Both the position numbers and the translations under genes were made by a program. From Eubacteriales bacterium (GTDB lineage Bacteria; Bacillota; Clostridia; Oscillospirales; CAG-272), in the NCBI GenBank assembly GCA_045636085.1, contig JAZTWU010000078.1, positions 1 to 43,562 of the forward strand: a stretch of DNA of 43,562 nt, read 5' to 3'. Below, in pieces: positions 35,603 to 43,562 of the stretch. The notes beneath the pieces were generated by a model. That model was not told the DNA's origin and did no database searches. It worked only from the letters and a program-made list of their open reading frames with translations. Within the stretch, counting starts at the first letter, position 1, and each line of letters starts with the position of its first letter.

Positions 35603-37093
35603 TTACTGTTTTTTAAACATTGCGTTGATTTCGGTGAGCGTTTTTCTCACGAGAAGCTCACCGCCCTCGTGGCCTGCCGTTCCGCTTCCGACGAAGGCGG
35701 AATAATGGCTGCCCCTCTCGGCCTTCTCCGTCGGCAGATAGCCGTAGGCGCCGCAGGCAAGCTCGCAGAGGAAGGTCTGCTTTGCAAGCGAACGCGCGCG
35801 GATCTGATTGCCATAGTTGAGGAAGAGCTCGTAGGGGTTTGTCGCAAGGGCGATATCGCCGAGGCGGGCGATATGCACCTCCACGGGATAAAGATCCATC
35901 GATTGCTGAAGGCGGTATCTGGCAACGATGCCGCTGTAAATCTGCAGGCGTGCGTTGTCCTCGTAGGATACATCCCCCTCAAGGGTATCAAAGAATTGCT
36001 TGATCTTGTTTGCCGCACTCTCATATTCCGAAACGGTAACGCGGCGCAGCGGCATCTCCACCGTCACGGTCTTGTGCTCAAGCTCGGTTTCGGTGACGAA
36101 TTCGGTCACGTCCTCGAGCGCCCAAAGGATCTCAGTCGTCACGCGCTTTGCGATCAGATTGCATCCCTTGATTTCGTACATACAGGGGTCCGTGCGCCGC
36201 GGCGTCACTTTCTCGCGGTAAATGTTGGGATCCTTTTTGAAAATCGGGGAGTCCACCCAGCGGATCATATCGCGGGGGCACATATCGCCCGCAGGGGAGA
36301 TCATACAAAGGAAATTGACCTTTTCGCCGAGCCTTTCGCGCAAAAGGCCCTTCACCTTGCCGACATAGTCGGAGGAAATGAAGTTCTGATGCTCCAGCAC
36401 CTGCGCGGGGCAGGCAATATTGGCAACGACGCCCGTGATCTTCTTCTCCTTATCGTAGGTGAAAAGAAGCTCAATGCCGCTATCGTTTCCGCTCTCAAGC
36501 TCGGTGAAGTTTGCGGTGTTTGCATCGCCCCACATTTTGGCGGAGCCGTCGTCATAGCAAACTCTGCGGCAAAGCCCGACCGCCGCACGGCCGAAGCCAC
36601 AGGCATAAGCTCCCTCGGCGCGGCGATCCCAGGCCTCCATAGCGGCCCTTGCGATTCTTTCAACGAGGAACTGCTTTGCCTCCTCGCCGCGAATGATGTC
36701 AGCGGAATCGTCCGAAACATAAGGGGCATATTTCACGCCCTCGGGGAAAAGCGCGGTCAGCGCGTTCAAGGGGTATGCAAACATATCGCTTCGGTTGGCG
36801 TATGCAAAGGATGTGTGCGCGTGAATGGCGCTGATGATCAGCTTGTTTTTGTCAAAGCCGCAATCCTTTGGCAGATATTCGCGCACGGCGGTGAGAAGCG
36901 TATAGCTTGCGGTGCCGAGATCACAGCCGACGAAGATCATATGCTCCTCGCCGCATTCCAGCGCCAGCGCCGTCACGGCGATCGGGGTTTCCACCTCGCC
37001 GCCGATGCGCTCGTAAAGCTGACCTGCGAGATCCACTCTTCTGCCCTCGGGCGTGATGCTGACCTCGCTCCATCCGATTCTGATCTTATTCAT
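35603..37093 (-). CDS. Neutral/alkaline ceramidase-like metallohydrolase, paralog B
   Basis: 496 aa and colinear with 26067..27557, about 82% aa identity by manual count. Has its own TTGACT/TATAAT promoter at 37135-37162. Confidence 0.6.
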   Translation of the reverse strand: MNKIRIGWSEVSITPEGRRVDLAGQLYERIGGEVETPIAVTALALECGEEHMIFVGCDLGTASYTLLTAVREYLPKDCGFDKNKLIISAIHAHTSFAYANRSDMFAYPLNALTALFPEGVKYAPYVSDDSADIIRGEEAKQFLVERIARAAMEAWDRRAEGAYACGFGRAAVGLCRRVCYDDGSAKMWGDANTANFTELESGNDSGIELLFTYDKEKKITGVVANIACPAQVLEHQNFISSDYVGKVKGLLRERLGEKVNFLCMISPAGDMCPRDMIRWVDSPIFKKDPNIYREKVTPRRTDPCMYEIKGCNLIAKRVTTEILWALEDVTEFVTETELEHKTVTVEMPLRRVTVSEYESAANKIKQFFDTLEGDVSYEDNARLQIYSGIVARYRLQQSMDLYPVEVHIARLGDIALATNPYELFLNYGNQIRARSLAKQTFLCELACGAYGYLPTEKAERGSHYSAFVGSGTAGHEGGELLVRKTLTEINAMFKKQ

Positions 37094-37306
37094 AGCAGTT
37101 CTCCTTTTGTAACCGAAAATGTGTTATCAATTTAATTATACCAAGGAAAAAATGGAAGTCAAGCCTCAACCCGCCGTTTTTATATGGAAAGAAAATGAAT
37201 GTTTTTCATAGGTCTGTGCGAATGCTTCACACCGGCATATTGCTTATTCGTTGCGTTCTTCGCCCTGTCTTGTACGGCAAAAGGTTGAAAGAAAGATCTC
37301 ACCTTG

Positions 37307-37337
37307 AAAAAAAGGATGCCCAAAAGCATCCTTTTTT
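37307..37337 (-). terminator. Intrinsic terminator
   Basis: AAAAAAAGGATGC-CCAAAA-GCATCCTTTTTT. Confidence 0.75.
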
Positions 37338-37369
37338 CTTTTTATGTAAATGTTTGTTTTCAAAAAAAG

Positions 37370-38269
37370 TTATTTTTCAAAGCAGCCGTATTTTTCCAGC
37401 ACGGTTTTTCCGAGCGTGAAAAGATATTTCTCGAAAGCGGCGCGCAGCTCGAACGGCGGATCGAGAAGCCTTTCATCGGGGGCAAATGGCCGCCTTTTAT
37501 CACCAAAGTTGAAAAATCTGCCAACCTCGAAGGTGAAATAGCCATCGTAGCCGATGGCGAGAAGCCCGTGCATCACATCGTCGAGATTCAGCGTGCCGAG
37601 GAAGGGGCAGAGATGGCTGTCATCCTCGCCCATATTGTCCTGAATATGCAGAGCGCGCAGATGGTGGCCGAGAAGCTTTATTTCCTCGCTTTGGAGCATC
37701 GGCTGCATATTCGCGTGCCCCACGTCCCAGATCGCATGGAAAAGCGGATGCGAAACGCTCTCCACCATCTGCAAAAGATCCCTTGCGTTATCGATCCAGT
37801 AAAGCCCCTCCACGCACATTTTGTTGAAGTTTTCGCAGAGGATGTTAACGCCGTATTTCTCCGCCCTTCGAAGAAGGGGAAGGAAAAATTCCTTGTTTTT
37901 CTCGATCGTTTCCTCTCTTGAAAGTCCTCGCAGATATCCCGAATGCACCACGAGGTTTTTGATCCCCCAGGCGCCGCAGGCGTCAACGCAGCGCATCGTG
38001 TCGGCAAGGAAGCTTTTGTCGGGATCCGAAAGCGGATCGCCCATCGGCGCGTGCGCCTGCACGAGCGTGATCCCAATGGATTTTTGCCCTTCATTCACGG
38101 CATCGAAATAAGAAAGATAATCCTTAGAATAAATGCCGCTTTGCCGATTTCGGTCAATATTGAAATTATAGTCCGCATAGGAAAATCCCGCCTTGCGGAT
38201 ATGAGCCAAGGCCTCGATCTGCGAATCCGTATAGCGGGCGAAATCCCCCGTCGTTGTTGCAAGTCTCAT
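37370..38269 (-). CDS. Sugar-phosphate isomerase/epimerase (xylose-isomerase-like TIM barrel, AP_endonuc_2)
   Basis: VVHSG, LCEN, WDVGHA, LHIQDN.G..D.H..P..G and FTFE. GGAGG RBS. Promoter TTGAAA-17-TATAAT at 38312-38340. Confidence 0.88.
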   Translation of the reverse strand: MRLATTTGDFARYTDSQIEALAHIRKAGFSYADYNFNIDRNRQSGIYSKDYLSYFDAVNEGQKSIGITLVQAHAPMGDPLSDPDKSFLADTMRCVDACGAWGIKNLVVHSGYLRGLSREETIEKNKEFFLPLLRRAEKYGVNILCENFNKMCVEGLYWIDNARDLLQMVESVSHPLFHAIWDVGHANMQPMLQSEEIKLLGHHLRALHIQDNMGEDDSHLCPFLGTLNLDDVMHGLLAIGYDGYFTFEVGRFFNFGDKRRPFAPDERLLDPPFELRAAFEKYLFTLGKTVLEKYGCFEK

Positions 38270-38407
38270 AAAAACCTCCGTGCGCATTGGCGCTGAAAGC
38301 AGTATATGGATATTATATCATAAGGAAGGATTCTTTTCAATACAAAATCCGCAAAAAAAGATCGGAGCGGCAGAGCAAGAATTTTTTTGGAAAATCTCTT
38401 TTCTCTA

Positions 38408-38470
38408 TTGACAAAGCGGAAAAACTGTGTTACAATGAAATTGTCAATTAACAATTAGGTTAAATGTTAA
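38408..38470 (+). promoter_or_regulatory. sdpR promoter and probable ArsR-type operator
   Basis: TTGACA-17 bp-TACAAT (38408-38436). Imperfect palindrome TTAACAATTAG-G-TTAAATGTTAA at 38448-38470. Confidence 0.7.
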
Positions 38471-38488
38471 ATGAAAACGGAGGAAACG

Positions 38489-38764
38489 ATGGGACTGCAA
38501 AACACGCTTCGCGCCCTTTCCGATCCGATTCGCCGCGAGATCTTGAATCTTCTGAAAAAGGGAAGAATGTCCGCGGGAGACATCGTGGATCATTTTGAGG
38601 TAACGGGGGCTTCCATCTCGCGGCATCTTTCGGTGCTGAAGGAAGCGGATCTGATCCGCGATAAAAGGGAAGGAAAGTTTATTTATTACGATCTGAACGT
38701 CTCGGTTTTTGAGGAAATTTTGCTTTGGATCAAGGGTTTGAAGGGAGAAACCAACGATGATTAA
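38489..38764 (+). CDS. sdpR: ArsR-family autorepressor, SdpR-like
   Basis: LRALSDPIRREILNLLK.G.MSAGDI...SISRHLSVLKEADLI...REGKFIYY.LN.SVFEE. Overlaps the sdpI-like gene. Confidence 0.85.
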   Translation: MGLQNTLRALSDPIRREILNLLKKGRMSAGDIVDHFEVTGASISRHLSVLKEADLIRDKREGKFIYYDLNVSVFEEILLWIKGLKGETNDD

Positions 38765-39857
38765 GAAAAATAAAATCAAGCTTATAATTGTCTCGGTGAT
38801 CACGCTTTTGCCGATGCTTCTCGGCATTATCGGAAAGGCGGTTCCGAGAGAAACGCTTCTTGCCTGGGGGATCTTCGGCGATGCAAATGTGATCACGGAA
38901 ACGGCGCTCTTCTTTTTGATCATTCCGCCGATTTTGGTTGCCCTGCATTGGCTCTTGCTTTTTCTTTCCTCTCTGGTGGAGAAAAATCAAAGTCAGAATC
39001 CGAGGATTGAGGGGATTTCCATCTGGATGATGCCCTGCATCTCCCTCTTTGTCTGCGGTATTCTCTTTTTCGTGGCTCTCGGCTATACGAGCAGGATCCA
39101 TTCCGCCATTCTGGCCGTGCTCGCCATCACCTTTATCTTTATCGGAAACTATATGCCGAAAACAGCGCGCAACCTCACGATGGGTATCAAGATCCGCTGG
39201 GCGCTTGCAAGCGATGAAAACTGGAATGCAACGCATCGCTTCGCGGGAAAGGTGTATGTCGGTGCCGGCGTGCTTTGCATCGTCGGAATGTTCCTTCCGC
39301 TCGGCACGTTTCTCTATATTCTTTTCGGCGTTATTTTGGTCACGGTCTTTCTCCCCGTGCTGTATTCCTATCTCTTTTATAAAAGGCAGCTCGCACAGGG
39401 GCAGATAACGCCCGAGACCGTAAAGGAAGGCTATCGCGAGGTTGTCAAAAACCCCAAGGCCACAAAGATTACGAGCGCCGTGCTCATTGCCGTTCTGGCA
39501 ATTGGCCTTCCCATTCTGTTGTTCACGGGCAAGGTGGAAACGAGTCTGGGCGAGGAGAAGGTCAGCGTTTCTGCCACCTTCTGGGGAAATCTGGAGCTTT
39601 CCTATGACGAGATCGATTCCGTCGAATACCGCGCAGGCGGCGTCGGTGGCGACCGAATTGCAGGCTATGCCTCCGCAAAGCTTCTGCTCGGCACCTTCCG
39701 TAGCGATGAGCTTGGCGTTTACACGCGCTATACCTATGCAAAGAACCTTCCCTGCATCGTTTTGAAGGCAAACGGAAAAACCTTCGTGATCGGAGGAAAA
39801 ACCGCCGAGGAAACGAAAGCGATCTATGACCATATCCTTGCAGAGATTTCCGAATAA
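38757..39857 (+). CDS. sdpI: SdpI-family immunity membrane protein with a C-terminal PH-like domain
   Basis: IGNYMPK..RN..MGIKIRWAL....NW..THRFAGK signature, multiple TM segments, and a soluble C-terminal YDEIDSVE...G.F domain. Confidence 0.8.
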   Translation: MIKKNKIKLIIVSVITLLPMLLGIIGKAVPRETLLAWGIFGDANVITETALFFLIIPPILVALHWLLLFLSSLVEKNQSQNPRIEGISIWMMPCISLFVCGILFFVALGYTSRIHSAILAVLAITFIFIGNYMPKTARNLTMGIKIRWALASDENWNATHRFAGKVYVGAGVLCIVGMFLPLGTFLYILFGVILVTVFLPVLYSYLFYKRQLAQGQITPETVKEGYREVVKNPKATKITSAVLIAVLAIGLPILLFTGKVETSLGEEKVSVSATFWGNLELSYDEIDSVEYRAGGVGGDRIAGYASAKLLLGTFRSDELGVYTRYTYAKNLPCIVLKANGKTFVIGGKTAEETKAIYDHILAEISE

Positions 39858-39871
39858 TCTTCAATGACGAT

Positions 39872-39904
39872 AAAAAACCGACGAGCCGAGGCTCGTCGGT
39901 TTTT
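39872..39904. terminator. Bidirectional terminator
   Basis: AAAAACCGACGAGC-CGAG-GCTCGTCGGTTTTT. Confidence 0.88.
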
Positions 39905-39945
39905 CTTTAGCTCGCGATAAGCTCGCAAGCCGTGAAGCGATATGA

Positions 39946-42867
39946 TTAGCGTGCGTAAATCTTAATGCCGTCCTGTGCGGTAATGTTGGAAACAACTGCC
40001 CAAATATAGGTGCTGCTATTGCTCAGAGTGGCTTCATCCAGTGCGTTGCCGGTCACGGTAACCTTAAGAACGGCCGAGTTCGAGTTGGATCTGATATTGA
40101 TGTGGCCGTTCTGAATCGTGTTGTTCGTAATGGTGATATTGTCGTGTGCGCTGATGTGAATGGGTGCGTTCACGAGCGTATTTCCGCCGATAAAGAAGGA
40201 CTTGGCATCCTTTGCATTCTCGTTATCGATAATGCCGCGCGTCCAGTTGATAAAGGAGGAATTGGTGATAACGGCAGAGGTGTTAAACTGCGCGCTGCTC
40301 TGACCTTCGCCGAAGATAATAGCTCTGGTATTTGTGTAAGCCGTGTTTCCGATAAAGGTGCAGTTGTCCACGGTGAGATTGTACATTGCGGAAATTGCTC
40401 TGAAGCGATTGTTTGGCGTGGTGGCCTCGCTCAGATCAAAGGTGAGGTTTTTCACAGTGGCGTCCGCTTCAAATCTGAATACCGAGTAATTGTTTGAGTC
40501 GTCAATCGCCCCGGTGAGCTTCAGCGTGTGCCCTGCACCGTCGATCACAACATCGTAAAAGGTTTTTGTGCCCTGGTAGCGGTTATCCCACTTTTCGTTG
40601 AATGTGATGTCGTTTGCAAAAACAATATTCTTCTTTGCAATGAGCGCGGTCTTGAGCTCATCTGCGGTGGAAACGAGAACCGTGGATGCGCTCTTGGGAG
40701 CGATCGTATTGCCGTTGATTGCAAAGAAATCGGCATCAGCACCGCCGTTCAGAACGGCGAGAGCATCCTCGAGAGCAACCGCGGACGTCTTTCCGATCTC
40801 AGCGAGCGTGCCCGTGGAGATGTCGTAGCTGGTCTTGTTAACATCGGATCCAAGGTAAACGGTGCCCTCGGAGGAAACCGTGCCTGCGTTCAGGCAGTAG
40901 CTTGCCGTGTCACCTGCTCCGTACTGTGCCTTGGGGGCAATTGCACCTGCGCCGTCAGCGCCGTAAATCGCGCCGTCGTTATAGCAGTAGCTTGCCTTCA
41001 CGGTGCCGTAAAGGCTATATCCGATACCTGCCGCATAAGACTGTACGGCAGTAATCTTTCCGTGGTTTGCGCAGTAGGCGAAGGTTGCGCTCGAGCCGGG
41101 CGTTTGTCCAAGAATACCGGCTGCGGAAGAGTTCGCATTGTCCGGCGTGGAGGTAACCGCACCGTAGTTCGTGCAGTATTCGTAAGTAGAAGCGGCCTTC
41201 TGAACGCCGGCGATACCTGCGGCCGGCTCGATGCCGTCAGAGGTGATCTTTCCGTAGTTCACGCAATTCTTCACAGAGCCTGCGAAGCCGTGTGCAATAC
41301 CGCTGGCGCCCGCGGAGCCGTAAACGGTTCCGTAGTTCACGCAGTCCTGAATGGATGCGTTAGAGGTCACCCAGGAAGCGATACCGGCGGCTCTGGTTGC
41401 ATTGATGGTTGCGAAGTTCACGCAGCTTTTGAGCACGGCGTTCGCGGCGTTATGAAGAATACCACCTGCATAGCTGGGTGCTTCGATCTCGCCGGAAACG
41501 ATTACGTTTTCGATCGTGATGCCTTCAGCTGCAACGCAAACAACGCCTGCGGCGTGCTTGGTGGAGGTGAGGCTCAGGTTCTCAAAATAAACGTTACGGA
41601 TGATGGAGCTTGCATCTGCGTGAGAAATAAAGGATGCATAATCGTGATTCTTCACGGTCAGGTTCGAGATGGTGTAGCCATTGCCGTCGAAGGTGCCCTT
41701 GAAGGGAGCTTCGGCGTTTCCGGCGGGCGTCCAGTCGATGTCGGCAAGGTCGATATCGTTTGCAAGAACGAAGGTGCCGCCCTTTGCAAGGTTATCAACG
41801 AGCTCGGAGGCTTTGGTGATCAGGCTCGTGTAGCTAATGATCTCAAAGGGGCTGAAGTCGCTCACGGTGAAGTAAACGTAGCCGGTTGCGGGATCATAAA
41901 CGGGGTTCTGCACGGGCTCACCCTTGTGAAGAATCTTGCTGAGGTTTCTGTTGAGACCAATGAAATAAGCGACCTCGTAGAAAACGCCGCTTTCGCTCTC
42001 AACCTTAACGCCGTCCTTCGTCAGATCCAGATGGAAGGAAATAACGTCGTTGCCGGACTCGTCAAGTGCGTTCTCAACGTTGGAGATAACGGCCTCGTAT
42101 TCGCCGGGCTCGGTGCCAATGGGAAGGGTGATGGTTGCATTACCAACGGTCATATCCTTCTCTACGGTGAGGGGCTCCTTGACCTCGGTGGTGCTTACCT
42201 CGGGATAGGTAGAGCCGCTGTCAAAGAGGTTGTCGAAGCTATCCGATTCGTGGGAGAGCTGGGTTGCAAGAACCTGAATGGAGAAGCTGGTGCCGATGTA
42301 CTTATCCATATACTCATTTCCAGCCGAATCCTGCATCTTGAGTGCGATGGTAACGGTGTCGCTCGTGTCAGCCTTCAACGTACCGTAGCCGGTGGTACCG
42401 AGGTTATTAAGCACCTCGCGGAGCGTGCCGATCTTCATATCGGCGGTGAGCTCGTCGCTGTCGGCGATCTGCACGGCAGGATCAACGTAATAAACGTCGA
42501 TCACATTGGCAAGGTCGGTGACCTCGCCGTTTGCAACGAAGTTCACCTTGTACTTAAGAGCAAGCGAACCCTCGTTGGCGATCTTCACATGGCGAACCAT
42601 CGCGAAGCCGGGCTCCCAGAGGGAGTAATCAAAGATTGCAACGGAAGAAGCATCCGCCCAATCCGCCGCGTCATCGGCAGGAACGGCCTTTGTTCCGTCC
42701 GCCCAATACATCTCAACATCGAGATTTCCTGCGGTGATGATGTTGTTTGCGCTGGCAACACTATCGGTAAACCAAGCAAACGTGGTTCCAACGAGCATCG
42801 AGAAGCAAAGCGCAATGGAAAGAACGCTTGCAACCAAAGCTCGTTTCACTGAGTAATTTTGAGTCAT
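39946..42867 (-). CDS. Large SipW-dependent (TasA/CalY-class) surface protein with GLUG-like and right-handed beta-helix domains
   Basis: KRAL...LVGTTFAWFTD....N.ITAGNLDV SipW-class signal. WEPG...VKIANEGSLALKY TasA-like domain. DWTP...FKGTFDGNGYTISNL and repeated C-x-N-x-G-x-I coils. GGAGG RBS. Confidence 0.8.
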   Translation of the reverse strand: MTQNYSVKRALVASVLSIALCFSMLVGTTFAWFTDSVASANNIITAGNLDVEMYWADGTKAVPADDAADWADASSVAIFDYSLWEPGFAMVRHVKIANEGSLALKYKVNFVANGEVTDLANVIDVYYVDPAVQIADSDELTADMKIGTLREVLNNLGTTGYGTLKADTSDTVTIALKMQDSAGNEYMDKYIGTSFSIQVLATQLSHESDSFDNLFDSGSTYPEVSTTEVKEPLTVEKDMTVGNATITLPIGTEPGEYEAVISNVENALDESGNDVISFHLDLTKDGVKVESESGVFYEVAYFIGLNRNLSKILHKGEPVQNPVYDPATGYVYFTVSDFSPFEIISYTSLITKASELVDNLAKGGTFVLANDIDLADIDWTPAGNAEAPFKGTFDGNGYTISNLTVKNHDYASFISHADASSIIRNVYFENLSLTSTKHAAGVVCVAAEGITIENVIVSGEIEAPSYAGGILHNAANAVLKSCVNFATINATRAAGIASWVTSNASIQDCVNYGTVYGSAGASGIAHGFAGSVKNCVNYGKITSDGIEPAAGIAGVQKAASTYEYCTNYGAVTSTPDNANSSAAGILGQTPGSSATFAYCANHGKITAVQSYAAGIGYSLYGTVKASYCYNDGAIYGADGAGAIAPKAQYGAGDTASYCLNAGTVSSEGTVYLGSDVNKTSYDISTGTLAEIGKTSAVALEDALAVLNGGADADFFAINGNTIAPKSASTVLVSTADELKTALIAKKNIVFANDITFNEKWDNRYQGTKTFYDVVIDGAGHTLKLTGAIDDSNNYSVFRFEADATVKNLTFDLSEATTPNNRFRAISAMYNLTVDNCTFIGNTAYTNTRAIIFGEGQSSAQFNTSAVITNSSFINWTRGIIDNENAKDAKSFFIGGNTLVNAPIHISAHDNITITNNTIQNGHINIRSNSNSAVLKVTVTGNALDEATLSNSSTYIWAVVSNITAQDGIKIYAR

Positions 42868-43007
42868 TTTTTCAACCTCCGTAAATTTTGCACTGCGCGG
42901 GCGCAGTACTATATATTATTATACATACCACAAGGGAAATGTCAATACCTTCCGGTAAAGAACATTCGCTTTTTTTTAGCCTATCTTATTGTGACAGCCC
43001 CTTTATT

Positions 43008-43348
43008 TTATTCGCAAGAGATTGCTTTTTTCTTTTCGATCGCTCTCTGCACAGCCTTAACTGCTTCCACGATCGGGATAATGAGGATCGCAAGGCCAAA
43101 GGCAATTGCGTAATCCTTAATGCCCGGCGTTGCAAGCTCGAAAGCCTCTGCAAGAAAGGGAATTTCGATCACAACGGTCGTAAGCACGAGAGAGAGAATG
43201 CCTGCGCCCCAGAGCCGGAGGTTCTGCGCTTTCATCGTGAAGATAGAGCCGCGCAGGGATCTCATATTGGAGGCGTGGCAGATCTCGCAGAGCGAGAGCG
43301 TGAGAAACGCCATCGTCGTGCCGAATTTTTCTGCATAACCGGGGATGA
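43008..43348 (-). pseudogene. 3' fragment of a P-type (Ca2+/cation-transporting) ATPase, 5'-truncated
   Basis: ...GTTMAFLTLSLCEICHASNMRS...SIF....N..LW....PFL..AF...AI....P.VE..K matches the Cation_ATPase_C region. Upstream sequence switches to antisense sdpI-derived DNA. Confidence 0.8.
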
Positions 43349-43562
43349 GAGCCTCGGCGAGGAGACGGTCAGCGTTTCTGCCACCTTCCGGGGAAATCCG
43401 GAGCTTTCCTATGACGAGATCGATTCCGTCGAATACCGCGCAGGCGGCGTCGGTGGCGACCGAATTGCAGGCTATGCCTCCGCAAAGCTTCTGCTCGGAA
43501 GCTTCCGTAGCGATGAGCTTGGCGTTTATACGAGATATACCTACGGCAAAAAGCTTCCCTGC
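43349..43562 (+). repeat. Direct-repeat copy of the sdpI 3' region (39542-39755), running off the window
   Basis: Gap-free alignment at offset 3807 bp with about 15 mismatches in 214 bp by manual count. No start codon or sdpI 5' part precedes it. Confidence 0.95.

Noticed and set aside
43008-43562. Intact ATPase gene simply cut by the window edge
   Set aside because: The frame stays open, but beyond about 43349 it is antisense sdpI sequence, not ATPase.
1-43562. CRISPR arrays, tRNA/rRNA, IS elements, prophage or defence genes
   Set aside because: I saw no regularly spaced short repeats, cloverleaf or rRNA-like sequence, and no transposase, integrase, nuclease or phage-like ORFs.

Overview
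Chromosomal window from a Gram-positive Clostridia-like bacterium (spoVG, csaB, SipW-class protein, sigma-A promoters). I saw no rRNA, tRNA, CRISPR array, transposase or integrase. In order: the 3' end of an S1-domain gene, a TetR regulator, pgk-tpiA, a tandem duplicate of a 387-aa NodB/deacetylase-like gene, msmX, a 548-aa Gln-heptad coiled-coil protein, GT4-csaB/spoVG/murC, mgtE, a HAD phosphatase, a four-gene MBOAT O-acylation operon whose two SGNH-like partners both carry BspA-type LRR modules, and a GH20 hexosaminidase. Next is a ~15-kb sugar catabolic island: DeoR, archaeal-type TIM, KdsD-like SIS, YjbQ, FGGY kinase, fucose/arabinose-type isomerase, FSA-type aldolase, two MFS transporters, two ceramidase-like paralogs, a CapA-family protein and an epimerase. 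The window ends with orphan sdpR-sdpI, a giant SipW/TasA-class surface protein and a rearrangement junction where a P-type ATPase 3' fragment is fused to a second, diverged copy of the sdpI 3' end. Best candidates for undescribed biology: (1) the sugar operon, possibly a natural KdsD-like isomerase + FSA aldol-cleavage route; (2) the LRR-SGNH/MBOAT/SGNH-LRR acylation system; (3) the 3,807-bp duplication unit carrying the TasA-class adhesin; (4) the Gln-zipper protein. All family calls come from motif recognition by eye, not database searches.
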